Positions 36,701 through 46,147 of a stretch of 64,000 nt of DNA are shown one piece after another. The notes beneath the pieces are model-generated. The model made no database searches. It saw only the letters and a list, made by a program, of their open reading frames with translations, and had not been told where the DNA came from. The DNA is from a virus: the IMG/VR virus record IMGVR_UViG_3300015063_000004, positions 327 through 64,326 of that record; one strand, written 5' to 3'. Within the stretch, counting starts at the first letter, position 1. Every line of letters starts with the position of its first letter. A program made the translations under genes and the position numbers.

Positions 36701-39700
36701 GGCTGGCGGTATTCGGGACGTTGGCGGCGACGTGGATGCCATCATGGGCGGTCCTAAGTCGCGTCCAGGGTTGATTAACAACGCTACCGGCATCGACCTG
36801 GACGACATGACGCATATGGCGTGGGAAGCTGGGTATTTCCCCGATCATCAAGTGCGCCCGACGATCAATGAACTTATCGACGCGATCGGCGATGACCTGA
36901 AAGACACTCCGCGCTATTCCGAACATGACGTGGAGAAGGTGGCAGACTACCACGACGCCATCGCACGCAACAATGAAATCGCCAAGCTGGCGAATGACCA
37001 CGACATTGATACCACGGGCATGACGCGGCAGGACTTCTATGCCGCGCTGTCGGAAAAACTGTCGTTGATCGAGCAGGAAGAACGCATCCGCTCGCAAACC
37101 GAGGCGCATGAAGCCGAGTTTTCCGAGGCGACTGCGGAAGCGAAGGAATGGCTGGAAGGCGAAGGGCATCCCTGGGATTCGGATGCCTTCTACGGGCTGG
37201 AAGGGCCGCGCACTGAAACTGAATTGGAGGCAGAACATGGACAGGCGGATGCTGCTCGACCAGTGGAGCAAGGCGCGGATCGCGGCGCGGAACCCACTGC
37301 TTCCGGACGATCTGCGGGCGACGTTCAAGAAGGCGGAGGATCACGCGGACGTGGCGCTGGGGATGCAGGACGCGATGAAGGGAAAGGTGGAACCACCGGG
37401 CGCGGAGGAAGCACAGAAGGCGAACCCGAACCCAAACTTGATCCCATAGGTGGGGGCGTCGAAGCGCGGGACTTTCGGACGAAAGATGACCGCGACATTG
37501 AGAAGGCCGCGAATATCCGGTTGGACAAGATCAACGGGACCGATGACCTGAACGCGGCGCTGAAAGAGATTGCCGCGCAGAATGATGACTTTATGAACGC
37601 GCGCTATGGTGAGGCGGCGTATCGCAATGCGTTGGATATTCGCAGCACGCGGACGCTGCTTCGGCTGGCTACGTCGGAGGCGATGGAGGCTGCGGCCGAG
37701 GCGGCAAAGGGTGATCCTGCGGCTATTGCGGACTGGGCGACCAAGAACCAGCGGGCGGCGCTGGTGTTCCAGAAGCTATCGAGCCTGACGGCAGATTGGG
37801 CGCACGCCGGGCATGAACTGAACAAGGTGATGCCCGGGTGGGATGCAACCAAGGATATCGCCAAGCAGATACAGGACACGACGGGGAAAACGCTGTTCCA
37901 GATGCAGGAACAGGCGGCGGCAATGGCGGGGATGCAGACTGCCGAGCAGGCCGGCAAATTTGCGTCGGATATGACGCTGACATGGCGCGACAAGGCTAAG
38001 GCGTGGACGATTTCGTATTTCATTAACAACCTGATTTCAGGCCCGTTGACGCATGGTGCCTATATGGTCGGCAATGAGTTCATGGCGATTATGAAGGCAA
38101 CCGGGACAAGTGCGTTGCAGGCCACGTCTGGCGCAATCCGTGAGGCTATTGCGGGCGAACCGATTGACCGCGTGTATTTCGGGGAAATCGCGCCGCAGTT
38201 TCTAGGCATGATGCGCGGCGCCAAGTATGGTCTGCCGGCTGGGCTGGAAGCCTTCAAGACGGGTGTTCCGTTTATGAAGGGGCTGGAAGCGCAAGGGGCG
38301 CTTGATATCGGGACTGGCGCGCGTCCGCAGGTTATTCCTGGCAAGATCGGCTACGTGCTGGAAACTCCGGGGCGCGCTGTGACGATGATCCATACCGTTT
38401 TCTATTCGATGGGTTACGAGCAGGAATTGAGCCGGCTGGCGGCGCGGGATGCGATCAGCAAGGGGTTGGAGGGGACGGATAGGGACACGTTCATCGCAAA
38501 CGCGGTGCAGTCGCCTTCTGCTGAGATGATGGATGCAGCGCATAATGAGGCGCTGAAGATGGTTCTCATGGAGCGGCCGGTATATGGGTCGGCGCAGTCG
38601 AAGTGGGTATCGGCGGTCAACAGCACGTTTCTTGCCAAGTTGGCGATCCCGTTCATGCAAATCGGGACCAACATTCTCAAGCAAGGGCTGGTGGATCATA
38701 CGCCGCTGGCGCTGCTGACGCAGGCGGCCCGGGATGACCTGGCGGGGGTGAACGGCGGCGCTGCCCGTGATTTGCGGGTTGGCAAGATTTCGGTCGGCAC
38801 GATGGTTGCGGCCGGGACGGTCGGGCTGGCGGTCGAAGGGTTGATTACCGGCGGTGGGCCGCCGACCAATTCGGCCGAAGGTTTGGCGAAGCGTCGCGTC
38901 ATGGAGGATAGCGGATGGCATCCTTACAGCGTCAAGTTTGGGGACACATACATTCCGTTCCGCAAGTTCCTGGGGCCGCTGGGGGCGCTGGTGGCAGCGG
39001 CGGCGGATATCCATGAGGTCGCGCATGAAGGGGAGGAGCATGGTCTGACGCACGCCGTGGCGGCGCTGGCCTTTGGGTTTGGCGAGGTTGTGGCCGATGA
39101 AAGCTGGTTGTCCGGCTTGTCCAGTTTGATCGACGCTGCCCGGCACTGGGACACGAAAGGGGAACAGTATCTCCGCAACCTGTCCACGTCGTTCCTGCCG
39201 TTTTCGTCGCTGATGTCGCAGACGGCGCGGCTGGTGGACCCGTATCAGCGGGTGGCACGGAACGAGATTGACGCGATCCGCAACAAGATTCCGTTCGCGT
39301 CCGAGGGGTTGGAGCCGCAGATAGGCATTTGGGGGCAGCCCATTGCCAGCCATACCATGCTGACGCCGACCACGGATCGGCATGATCCTGTGGACGAGCG
39401 GTTGAAGGCGCTGGACATGGGCGTGGCGATGCCGGGGCGCACGGTGCGGGGGGTGAAGCTGACGGACGCGGAATACACCGATCTGGCGACCACGGGGGGC
39501 AAGTTGGCGCGGATGCAGTTGGAGGCGATCGTGGGAACGCGGGGGTTTGCTGCGCTGCCTCAGACATTCCAAACCGACGCGATCAAGAAGGTAATTAGCG
39601 GCGCGCATGAAGCGGCGCGGTCCATGCTGCTGGTGAAATACCCGCACATCATCATGGACGCCAACGAGGCTCGGCGTAAGCAGATGATGCTGGGCATGGC

Positions 39701-39716
39701 CCCGGCCGGCGAATAG
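33771..39716 (+). CDS. Large polyvalent ejection protein with ART-like and HExxH metallopeptidase-like domains
   Basis: YHGS...GEGAQAYGHGLYFA...NYVLFD (35346-36123); STFLHETGHAW (about 36210-36240). Confidence 0.8.
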   Translation: MSETLPTLDEFLASNEKQAKSALPTMDELVARTPSYQPYDQMAGLMNMFPDVTKSVGHIMGAVGQGAAEGYGGAPRLGDELERVLSKAGIGADINGNYTSIMQAFNGGIIRPLATGLNAASGIAGAVAGAVPPLFGQTATELAKPIFGEQGAQQFGRAIAGMAEATMADLGSRIPPHPVVEANRATLPANSHPLFEENLARWQGQFGVESAFREGRANGVLGPDGEDGWKFGTNSELPANDDWQRPFEAAKATDQPPPEAPVSEPAPDVHTIARQIAPDTFQEYDGLSARVDELRGQIADAQAELRRGAEAQAPGAAEIADLEDRLQDTTPRLAKKYQARLDELRPAHDEFMAGDHMAVLTRDTEEIAALRQQLQAADYRMRDLAPDVTAAYREAVSRVPAVEEAPPAAPVEAPVAAPDPAAAPVAAAPPAVTPAAAPEAPKPVPVSIAADVSRKLLAAGRPAEEANAAAALVQAHYEARAARFGGAKGTAEEMYARDGADIRAGRERARTPEYAQRGKEYQQPAYHGSPHIFDKFTLDHIGSGEGAQAYGHGLYFAGNKAVAKFYREELSSPTLTIDGHDIFDKKSANVGLSENDRDALGRIALWMTDRERGSFKDVDALVAALRKAGQEGRADLLERYKDRLGVQGEGRLYHVDIPEDHEYLDWDKPLSEQPAKIQEAVAPFLKERRENLIRSASKWGNPSPAELANYGRQADEIIQKMTGEKIYKEITDQNGLRREGADAKASKALNEAGIPGIRYLDNGSRRVGEGTHNYVLFDADLANIKEYEQQARGKIRLDDGRALITLFKSANASTFLHETGHAWLAELLDDAKDAAAPADLTRDAETVRSWLGAANDAEITTKQHEKFARGFERYMMEGRAPSSALADVFAKFKSWLTQIYETVTRLKAPITDDIRDVFDRLLVANPDARAAIVPERAMDVSRETGGQLPVAPPPEKPSPLFPKRPKEPTRLVSFIRKAGGIRDVGGDVDAIMGGPKSRPGLINNATGIDLDDMTHMAWEAGYFPDHQVRPTINELIDAIGDDLKDTPRYSEHDVEKVADYHDAIARNNEIAKLANDHDIDTTGMTRQDFYAALSEKLSLIEQEERIRSQTEAHEAEFSEATAEAKEWLEGEGHPWDSDAFYGLEGPRTETELEAEHGQADAARPVEQGADRGAEPTASGRSAGDVQEGGGSRGRGAGDAGRDEGKGGTTGRGGSTEGEPEPKLDPIGGGVEARDFRTKDDRDIEKAANIRLDKINGTDDLNAALKEIAAQNDDFMNARYGEAAYRNALDIRSTRTLLRLATSEAMEAAAEAAKGDPAAIADWATKNQRAALVFQKLSSLTADWAHAGHELNKVMPGWDATKDIAKQIQDTTGKTLFQMQEQAAAMAGMQTAEQAGKFASDMTLTWRDKAKAWTISYFINNLISGPLTHGAYMVGNEFMAIMKATGTSALQATSGAIREAIAGEPIDRVYFGEIAPQFLGMMRGAKYGLPAGLEAFKTGVPFMKGLEAQGALDIGTGARPQVIPGKIGYVLETPGRAVTMIHTVFYSMGYEQELSRLAARDAISKGLEGTDRDTFIANAVQSPSAEMMDAAHNEALKMVLMERPVYGSAQSKWVSAVNSTFLAKLAIPFMQIGTNILKQGLVDHTPLALLTQAARDDLAGVNGGAARDLRVGKISVGTMVAAGTVGLAVEGLITGGGPPTNSAEGLAKRRVMEDSGWHPYSVKFGDTYIPFRKFLGPLGALVAAAADIHEVAHEGEEHGLTHAVAALAFGFGEVVADESWLSGLSSLIDAARHWDTKGEQYLRNLSTSFLPFSSLMSQTARLVDPYQRVARNEIDAIRNKIPFASEGLEPQIGIWGQPIASHTMLTPTTDRHDPVDERLKALDMGVAMPGRTVRGVKLTDAEYTDLATTGGKLARMQLEAIVGTRGFAALPQTFQTDAIKKVISGAHEAARSMLLVKYPHIIMDANEARRKQMMLGMAPAGE

Positions 39717-39789
39717 TGCCCAAAATGTGCCCGCACCGGATGCGCCGGCCGCAGTCCGTGCTATCCGGTTCCGACCAGCGGAGCGCCGC

Positions 39790-41412
39790 ATGACTGTCTC
39801 GACCACTAGCTCTAGCACCACGGCGGAAGGCAACGGCGTCACAACGTCGTTTACTTACGGTTTCATCATGCCCAGCACGTCCGACGCGGTGGTGACGCTG
39901 CTGGACACGACTGTTTCGCCGGCTGTGGTGACGGTGATCCCTAACAGCCAATATGGCATAACCGGGGTTGGCGTGGCGACGGGTGGGACGGTGCTGTATC
40001 CGCTGAGTGGGCCGGCGCTGGTATCTGGGCAGTATCTGACCATCGCCCGTGTGCTGCCATTTCAGCAACTCGTATCCATTGCCAATCAGGGGGACTTTTA
40101 CCCGTTCGCCTTGGAGCAAATGGGCGACCTGCTGGAAATGCAAATTCAGCAGTTGAATAACTCGGTTCTGCGGACCATCCGCATGAACCCGGCCGATCCC
40201 GGCACGGTCAATCCGCTCCCGCCGTTCTCGGTGATCGCTGGGCAGCTTTTGGGCTTTGACAGCACCGGGCAGCCGATCGCGGCGCAGCCGTCCTCGGCGC
40301 TGGTGTCCGTGGCGATGCAGCCGGTGGTGAACGCATCGACCGTCCAGGCAGCCCTAGCTCTGATGACGGTTGGCAATCCGTCCATAGTAATTCCGACAAA
40401 CATCGGGCAGCCGTATGCTCAAACGGTTGTTGGCGACTTCAATGGCGCGGCGGCGTCGGCTACGGCATGGGAATCCATGCTGAGCGTCCAGATGACGAGC
40501 AATGTTGGGTTCGGGGGCGGAAACGCATTTAAGGTCGGAGCCTATATCGCCGTCCAAGCCGATCCCGGGAGCGGGCCGGTATGGGCGCTTAACGCGCTGG
40601 TGCTTGTTTCGCCCGGCGCCCTGACAACCGGGCTGGGGCAGATTGTTGAACTGGACCTTGCCAACAACTCACTGCCGTTCGGGGTTGGCATCGGTGTGTC
40701 TGGCTTGGCGCCACCGGCATTGATCGGGATGCAGATTTCTGGCGACGGGCTATTTACGGCGTCGTGCGCCATTGCGATCCTAGGCACGGTCTCCGGGCCG
40801 CTTGGGTTGTGGAACGCGGGCATCGTGTTTGCCAATAATTCGGTGAACGAGGTTTCCATCCTCGACGAAAACTCGTCGAACCTCGGCGGCCATCTCGATT
40901 CCTACATCATGCTTGGCAGCAAGCGGTATGGCATCGACACGCATCTCGCGTCGTTCTCTGCTGGGCCTATGCTGATTGGTAATACGCAGGCAATCCTGTC
41001 GCGTAACAATGCCGGCAATGCGAACCTTTCGCTAATCGCGGCCAACGCTTCGGATCAGGTTGTGTTGGGCAACGGCACGAGCAAAGTCATCGTGGCGGCT
41101 GGAACCGGGGCTAACCAAGCCGTCAATTTCTCGCAATTCCCGGCAACCGCTGCGGCAGTTGGCACATACACGCTGCCTAACGGCGTGATCGTCAAATGGG
41201 GCACAGGATCGACTACATCCGGGGTTGGGGCGGTGACGTTTGCCGCAGCCTTTCCTACCGCCTGCAACAATGCCACGGTGACGATTGCGGGAGGCACCAC
41301 TGCGACCACGCTCAATGCGCTGTTGTCTGGAACCCTGACGGCAAGCGGGTTTCCAGTCTATGGAGCTGCGGCGCAGTCGGTTTCGTTCTTCTGGCAGGCG
41401 ATAGGTCACTAG
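39790..41412 (+). CDS. Tail fibre protein with T7-like N-terminal anchor and gp53-like C-terminus
   Basis: GNGVTTSFTYGF...LTIARVLPFQQ...E..MGDL; TLPNGVIVKWG. Confidence 0.8.
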   Translation: MTVSTTSSSTTAEGNGVTTSFTYGFIMPSTSDAVVTLLDTTVSPAVVTVIPNSQYGITGVGVATGGTVLYPLSGPALVSGQYLTIARVLPFQQLVSIANQGDFYPFALEQMGDLLEMQIQQLNNSVLRTIRMNPADPGTVNPLPPFSVIAGQLLGFDSTGQPIAAQPSSALVSVAMQPVVNASTVQAALALMTVGNPSIVIPTNIGQPYAQTVVGDFNGAAASATAWESMLSVQMTSNVGFGGGNAFKVGAYIAVQADPGSGPVWALNALVLVSPGALTTGLGQIVELDLANNSLPFGVGIGVSGLAPPALIGMQISGDGLFTASCAIAILGTVSGPLGLWNAGIVFANNSVNEVSILDENSSNLGGHLDSYIMLGSKRYGIDTHLASFSAGPMLIGNTQAILSRNNAGNANLSLIAANASDQVVLGNGTSKVIVAAGTGANQAVNFSQFPATAAAVGTYTLPNGVIVKWGTGSTTSGVGAVTFAAAFPTACNNATVTIAGGTTATTLNALLSGTLTASGFPVYGAAAQSVSFFWQAIGH

Positions 41413-41415
41413 GCG

Positions 41416-44349
41416 ATGGCATGGCCCCCTGGTGACAACGAAACACAGGCTGCCAATGTCGGGCTTGGTCCCGGCAGTTCTGATTTTTCGACGGGGTTTG
41501 TCACGTCGCTTTCCGGCCAGCGGTTGACGCTGGCGCAGTGGGTAAGCGGTGGCCTGACGGGCTTTGTGCTGATTGTGAACGGCACGGCGCAGAACCTTAC
41601 CGTTGTAAGTGGGCTGACGGTTAGCGGCGGGATCGCGGTCAACACCGGCTCGGTGACAATCGGGGTATCGTCTTACAATCAGGTCGTTTTGGCTGGTGGC
41701 GTCCACAATGCTCCGGTCACGATTTCCGCGACTGGGACAGATAGTTCCGTCAATATCCAACTGGCCTCGAAAGGTAACAGTTCGGCTGTTGAAGTTACAA
41801 AAAACCTTTTGGTGGATGGCGCTGCGACCATTGGGAATGGACTTTCCAATACGCTGTTTTTAAGCGGCGCACCCGGCGGTAGTCAGGTGGCGATTTCCGC
41901 GTTTGGTTCCGACACGAATATTCCAATCCAGTATGCGTCGGCCGGGAGCGGGGCGCATAAGTTCTACACTGGGAACGGCATACAGTTTGAGGTTTTGGAT
42001 TCGGATGGCCCTAACTACGCCACCGCTTCCGGTGGGACGATCCCGCAAATTGGCGTAAACGGGTCGGCTGGCGATATTTCGATGAACCTTGTTCCGAAAG
42101 GAATTGGGAGCGTCATTCTGCCGACGGCGAGCCTGAAGATTACTACCGGAAACATGAACATCACGGCCGGCAATCTTACGGTCGGCGGCAATTTTAGTGT
42201 TGCAGGAACGGCTTCGTATGGCGGTAATATTCAGGTCGGAACCGCCGTTGCCAACAAAATGCTTCTGGCTGGCGGTTCTACTGGAACGTCCCCATCCATT
42301 GTCATCGGCGGAACTGATACAAACCCCGGCCTGAATTTCCTGACGCAAGGGATCGGGCCTTATGGGTTTTACACCGGCAACGGGCGACAGTTTGCGATCG
42401 GGGATGCTGGTGGCACCACTGTCAACTATGTGGCGGCCATCGGTGGTGTAGCGAGCCAGGCGCCGGGTTTTGTCGTGGCTGGGTCCGATACGAACATCGG
42501 CATCAGCATTGTCTCAAAAAATTCCGGCATCGTCGGGCTTTATACGGGGCACGGGTTGCAGGCGGCGGCGGTCGATAACACCGTCACTGCGGTTAATTAT
42601 GTCACGTTGACGGGTGCTGCGTCGGGTTTTTCTGTCAAGTTTGGTGCTGCCGGGGCCGATTCAAATATCGGCATCACATGGGTGCCCAAGGGCACTGGCG
42701 GCGCGACGCTGCAATCTGGTAGCTTACTCGTCGGAGCCGGCAATCTATCGGTTGCAGCGGGCTTGATCGCGCAAACGGTTACGCGGGTTCTGACTGGCAG
42801 CCCTGTTCCGAGCCTCAGCGCCACGACTTTCGTTTCCGGCACTTCATCGAACCCGGTTACGCCGATCAATGTGATTTACGCCGAAGACAATATCGCCGTC
42901 ACTGGGACGGCAATGGGTCTCTACATTGACCACATTGTTAACGGAGCGAGCGCCGCCGGTAGCCGAGCGGGTTTGCAGGTTGGTCTTACCGTTACATCGA
43001 ACCTGACCGGACCGGCCGGGCAATTCTACAGCAACATTTATACGACTACCACGGCGACGGCCAACGGCAACGCGGGAAACTTGTTCGGCTCGGCGGAAGA
43101 AGTTCATCTCAATACCGGCGCGTCTAACTGGAACTCCATCGTCGGTCGGGAAATCGACATTGCGGTTCAGACTGGGGTTACTGTTCCGTATAAGGCTGGG
43201 CTGCAAATCGTCCAGCTTTCCGACGATGCTGTTGCTGGCACGCTTCAGGATAGCGCGCTGTCGTTCGGAACGCAGTCTGCTGGGACGCCGCCTCGTTGGT
43301 TGAACCTTATCGGCATCGGTGGGCCTCAAGGGTGGTGGCCGGTTGCGGCAGCTGGAACGATCCTTGGGACGATAGCAACTCCGCTGGGTGGCCCTGCCTA
43401 CGCCGCCGCGCATGGCGTGGATTTCTCGGCAATTACGTTCAGTGCGGACGCATTCAAGTCTGCCGGTTTCGTGGTCGATAAATCGGGCAACATCGGGGTT
43501 TCCAACACGCTAACCGTGTCCGGCGCTGGCCAGCAGAATTTGAACGTGGCGGGCAGTTTTTCCGGCACCACGACGAACCCGGTTACGACGTTCAATTCGT
43601 TCTATATCGGGGCAGATAATGTCAACGTAAACGCCGGGGCTGGGTCGGCCTACGGTCTGTTCGTGGAACACATTACCGGCGGGGCGGCCGCGCAGGGCGG
43701 TAGGATCGCGCTGCTGTCGCAGATTACGGTGACGGACACCACGCACGGGTCGGCCTCCATTTTCTATCAAGGTGGGTCATGGTCTGCCCAAAGCAGTGCG
43801 ACGGGGCATAATTCAAATCTGTTTGGTGGGAGCCTTGACGCAACGCTTGTCAGCGGTGCAACCGGCTGGGGCCAACTTGTCGGGATGGAAATCGACGTTT
43901 CGATGGATGCCGGAACGGCCAGCGCATACAAGGTTGGCTTGCAAATCGTTCAACCGACAACGGACTTGACGGCAGGAACCACCGAAAACGTCGCTTTCCA
44001 GATTGTAAACCAGCCAGGGGCATCTCAGCCCAAGTGGCAGACTGGAATTTCCATAGGTTCGCCTTTTGGCGTGTGGCCTATTCAGGCCACTGGAACGCTG
44101 ATTGGGACGCGAGCGACTGGGTTTGGCGGGGCCTACTCTGCCGCTCATGGGATTGATTTTTCTGCGGTGACTTTCAGCGCGGATGCGTTCAAATCTACAG
44201 GGTTCTTCGTGGGGCCGGCAGGCATCATAAGTTCTACCGGGCTTTCCAGTTCTACGACTTACGCGAACGATGCGGCGGCGGCTGGCGGTGGCGTTGCCAT
44301 CGGCGGCTTCTACCGCAACGGGTCGGTCGTGCAGTGCCGGATCACGTAA
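41416..44349 (+). CDS. Long repetitive Gly/Thr-rich fibre protein
   Basis: Multiple GxD(T/S)NIxIxxxxKG repeats; two ~235-aa tandem units; C-terminal YANDAAAAGGGVAIGGFYRNG. Confidence 0.72.
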   Translation: MAWPPGDNETQAANVGLGPGSSDFSTGFVTSLSGQRLTLAQWVSGGLTGFVLIVNGTAQNLTVVSGLTVSGGIAVNTGSVTIGVSSYNQVVLAGGVHNAPVTISATGTDSSVNIQLASKGNSSAVEVTKNLLVDGAATIGNGLSNTLFLSGAPGGSQVAISAFGSDTNIPIQYASAGSGAHKFYTGNGIQFEVLDSDGPNYATASGGTIPQIGVNGSAGDISMNLVPKGIGSVILPTASLKITTGNMNITAGNLTVGGNFSVAGTASYGGNIQVGTAVANKMLLAGGSTGTSPSIVIGGTDTNPGLNFLTQGIGPYGFYTGNGRQFAIGDAGGTTVNYVAAIGGVASQAPGFVVAGSDTNIGISIVSKNSGIVGLYTGHGLQAAAVDNTVTAVNYVTLTGAASGFSVKFGAAGADSNIGITWVPKGTGGATLQSGSLLVGAGNLSVAAGLIAQTVTRVLTGSPVPSLSATTFVSGTSSNPVTPINVIYAEDNIAVTGTAMGLYIDHIVNGASAAGSRAGLQVGLTVTSNLTGPAGQFYSNIYTTTTATANGNAGNLFGSAEEVHLNTGASNWNSIVGREIDIAVQTGVTVPYKAGLQIVQLSDDAVAGTLQDSALSFGTQSAGTPPRWLNLIGIGGPQGWWPVAAAGTILGTIATPLGGPAYAAAHGVDFSAITFSADAFKSAGFVVDKSGNIGVSNTLTVSGAGQQNLNVAGSFSGTTTNPVTTFNSFYIGADNVNVNAGAGSAYGLFVEHITGGAAAQGGRIALLSQITVTDTTHGSASIFYQGGSWSAQSSATGHNSNLFGGSLDATLVSGATGWGQLVGMEIDVSMDAGTASAYKVGLQIVQPTTDLTAGTTENVAFQIVNQPGASQPKWQTGISIGSPFGVWPIQATGTLIGTRATGFGGAYSAAHGIDFSAVTFSADAFKSTGFFVGPAGIISSTGLSSSTTYANDAAAAGGGVAIGGFYRNGSVVQCRIT

Positions 44350-44366
44350 CAAACAAAGGAGACTTC

Positions 44367-44711
44367 ATGCGCTCGCTGCCTCTCGATACGATGCCGGCCA
44401 CTCCGGGGACGCCGGCCATCCCTTATGCCGAAATCTTCAAGACGATCCTGTTTTCCTCGCCGCCGAACAAGGGGCTTGGGACGGATGAACTTGTGCGCAG
44501 TTTCGAAGTGTGGGGCGTCATCAAGGCGGCTTCGGAATCGGCGCGGGATGCGGTCCTTCTGGAAGATGCTGATTGGGCGATTCTGACGCAACGGCTCGCG
44601 GGGTTCGTGTGGGGACCGTTGGCAACGACATCTCCTGCCGAGTGCATGGACGTAATTACGGCGATCCGTGACGCGCCGAAGGTTGATCCGAACAAGGAAG
44701 GTCCGACATGA
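44367..44711 (+). CDS. Hypothetical protein (possible fibre chaperone)
   Basis: SD AAAGGAG; directly follows the fibre gene. Confidence 0.55.
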   Translation: MRSLPLDTMPATPGTPAIPYAEIFKTILFSSPPNKGLGTDELVRSFEVWGVIKAASESARDAVLLEDADWAILTQRLAGFVWGPLATTSPAECMDVITAIRDAPKVDPNKEGPT

Positions 44712-45052
44712 GCACGATTGTTTCGCCGGCATCTGCGGCCCTTCCGGTTCTTCCTGGCTCGCTGGTTGCGAGCGGTGGCGGGGTGATTTTCCAGCCGGCC
44801 AGTTCCACGTCTCCGCTGCCGACTGCGGGGACGCCGATCAAATCTGCGGCGGCGCTTACGAATAACACCACGGCAACGGCTGGCGTTTCGTTTTTCATCA
44901 CCGTGTCTGTAACCGGCACGGTGACGCTTACGCTGTCGGACGCTTCGACCATCATCATCAACCCGCAGGTTGGCGATACGATGCTGCCGTTTGGTGTGAC
45001 GAAATACGTAACGGGGACAGCTACGGTGACCCGCGCCTATAATCTGTCGTAA
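44708..45052 (+). CDS. Possible head-spike base protein (RcGTA Rcc01079-like)
   Basis: ITVSVTGTVTLTLSD...GDTMLPFGVTKYVTGTA. Confidence 0.45.
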   Translation: MSTIVSPASAALPVLPGSLVASGGGVIFQPASSTSPLPTAGTPIKSAAALTNNTTATAGVSFFITVSVTGTVTLTLSDASTIIINPQVGDTMLPFGVTKYVTGTATVTRAYNLS

Positions 45053-45053
45053 C

Positions 45054-45257
45054 GTGGCGAACTCGATCTACACGATTGCGGTCGCGCCTAATGACGGGTT
45101 TTCGCACTCGCCGGAATCCAGCGGGTTGAAGCCGACCGGCTTTCAGCCGCGCGCGGGTGGTTCGGGGGCTTCGTTCCGTATCCTGTTGGAGAATGGAAGC
45201 GGCTACATTCAGTTAGAGAATGGCTCGGGCGATATTGAGTTGGAGGATGGGCCGTGA
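45054..45257 (+). CDS. Small protein with repeated LENG motif
   Basis: ILLENGSGYIQLENGSGDIELED. Confidence 0.55.
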   Translation: MANSIYTIAVAPNDGFSHSPESSGLKPTGFQPRAGGSGASFRILLENGSGYIQLENGSGDIELEDGP

Positions 45258-46141
45258 CTAGCTTCATGCAACCGCGCGTTACGGAAACGAAGGTCTATGA
45301 GGGCAACGCGCCTGGGAAGGATGGGCGCGATGGTCTTGACGGGAAAGATGGTCGGGATGGGGTTGACGGCAAGGATGGCCGTGATGGGGCCGTCGGGCCG
45401 CGCGGACTATCTGGTCCGGCCGGCAATCCTGGCGCGCAGGGGCCGGTAGGTGCAACAGGCGCGGACGGAACTCGTGGCGAGAAGGGCGACCGAGGGGATG
45501 TTGGGGAGCGAGGTCCGCAGGGCGTAGCGGGTGGTGTCGGGGGGCAGGGGAGGACTGGCACGGGTGGTCCGCAGGGTGATCCCGGGCCGCAAGGGGCGAC
45601 GGGCGCGGTTGGGGCTACGGGGCCTCAGGGTATGGCCGGCGATCGCGGCGAGAAGGGGGCGGCCGGGGACCGTGGGATTCAGGGACCGTCAGGGCGTATG
45701 GGCGATATTGGGCCGGGCGGGGCGGTCGGCGCGACGGGCGCTTCTGGGGTTGACGGCAAGGATGGTCTGCCGGGGGCGCCCGGCAAAATCCCCGGCATCC
45801 GCAAGACGCTGGTGGGCGTGTGCGACGGCACGCCGCGCCGGCTCACGACTGACGGCAACGCGCCGGGCGCGACGAACACCATGAACATCCCCGATGGCAG
45901 CACGTATCTGTGCCGCCTGTCGGCCGTAGCACGCGGTGCGGAAGGGATGGCGGCGTTCTGGCTGGCGGGGGTGCTGGACCGGCGCGGCGATGCGGTGGTG
46001 TGGACGGTGTTGGGGTCTGCGCTCGCCACCGGGGTCGGTCTTGACGTGGCGGCCGATGCGGCGAGCGGGGGCCTATCGGTGACGGCTACGTGGCCTGGGC
46101 GGTGGGTTTGCGATATCGAAGCGACGGTTTCGGGCGAGTAA
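45254..46141 (+). CDS. Collagen-like (Gly-X-Y) fibre protein
   Basis: Long uninterrupted GXY run, e.g. GKDGRDGLDGKDG...GPQGATG. Confidence 0.88.
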   Translation: MTSFMQPRVTETKVYEGNAPGKDGRDGLDGKDGRDGVDGKDGRDGAVGPRGLSGPAGNPGAQGPVGATGADGTRGEKGDRGDVGERGPQGVAGGVGGQGRTGTGGPQGDPGPQGATGAVGATGPQGMAGDRGEKGAAGDRGIQGPSGRMGDIGPGGAVGATGASGVDGKDGLPGAPGKIPGIRKTLVGVCDGTPRRLTTDGNAPGATNTMNIPDGSTYLCRLSAVARGAEGMAAFWLAGVLDRRGDAVVWTVLGSALATGVGLDVAADAASGGLSVTATWPGRWVCDIEATVSGE

Positions 46142-46147
46142 AAGCCT

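Noticed and set aside
45254-46141. Collagen as eukaryotic gene transfer
   Set aside because: Gly-X-Y fibres are well known in phages
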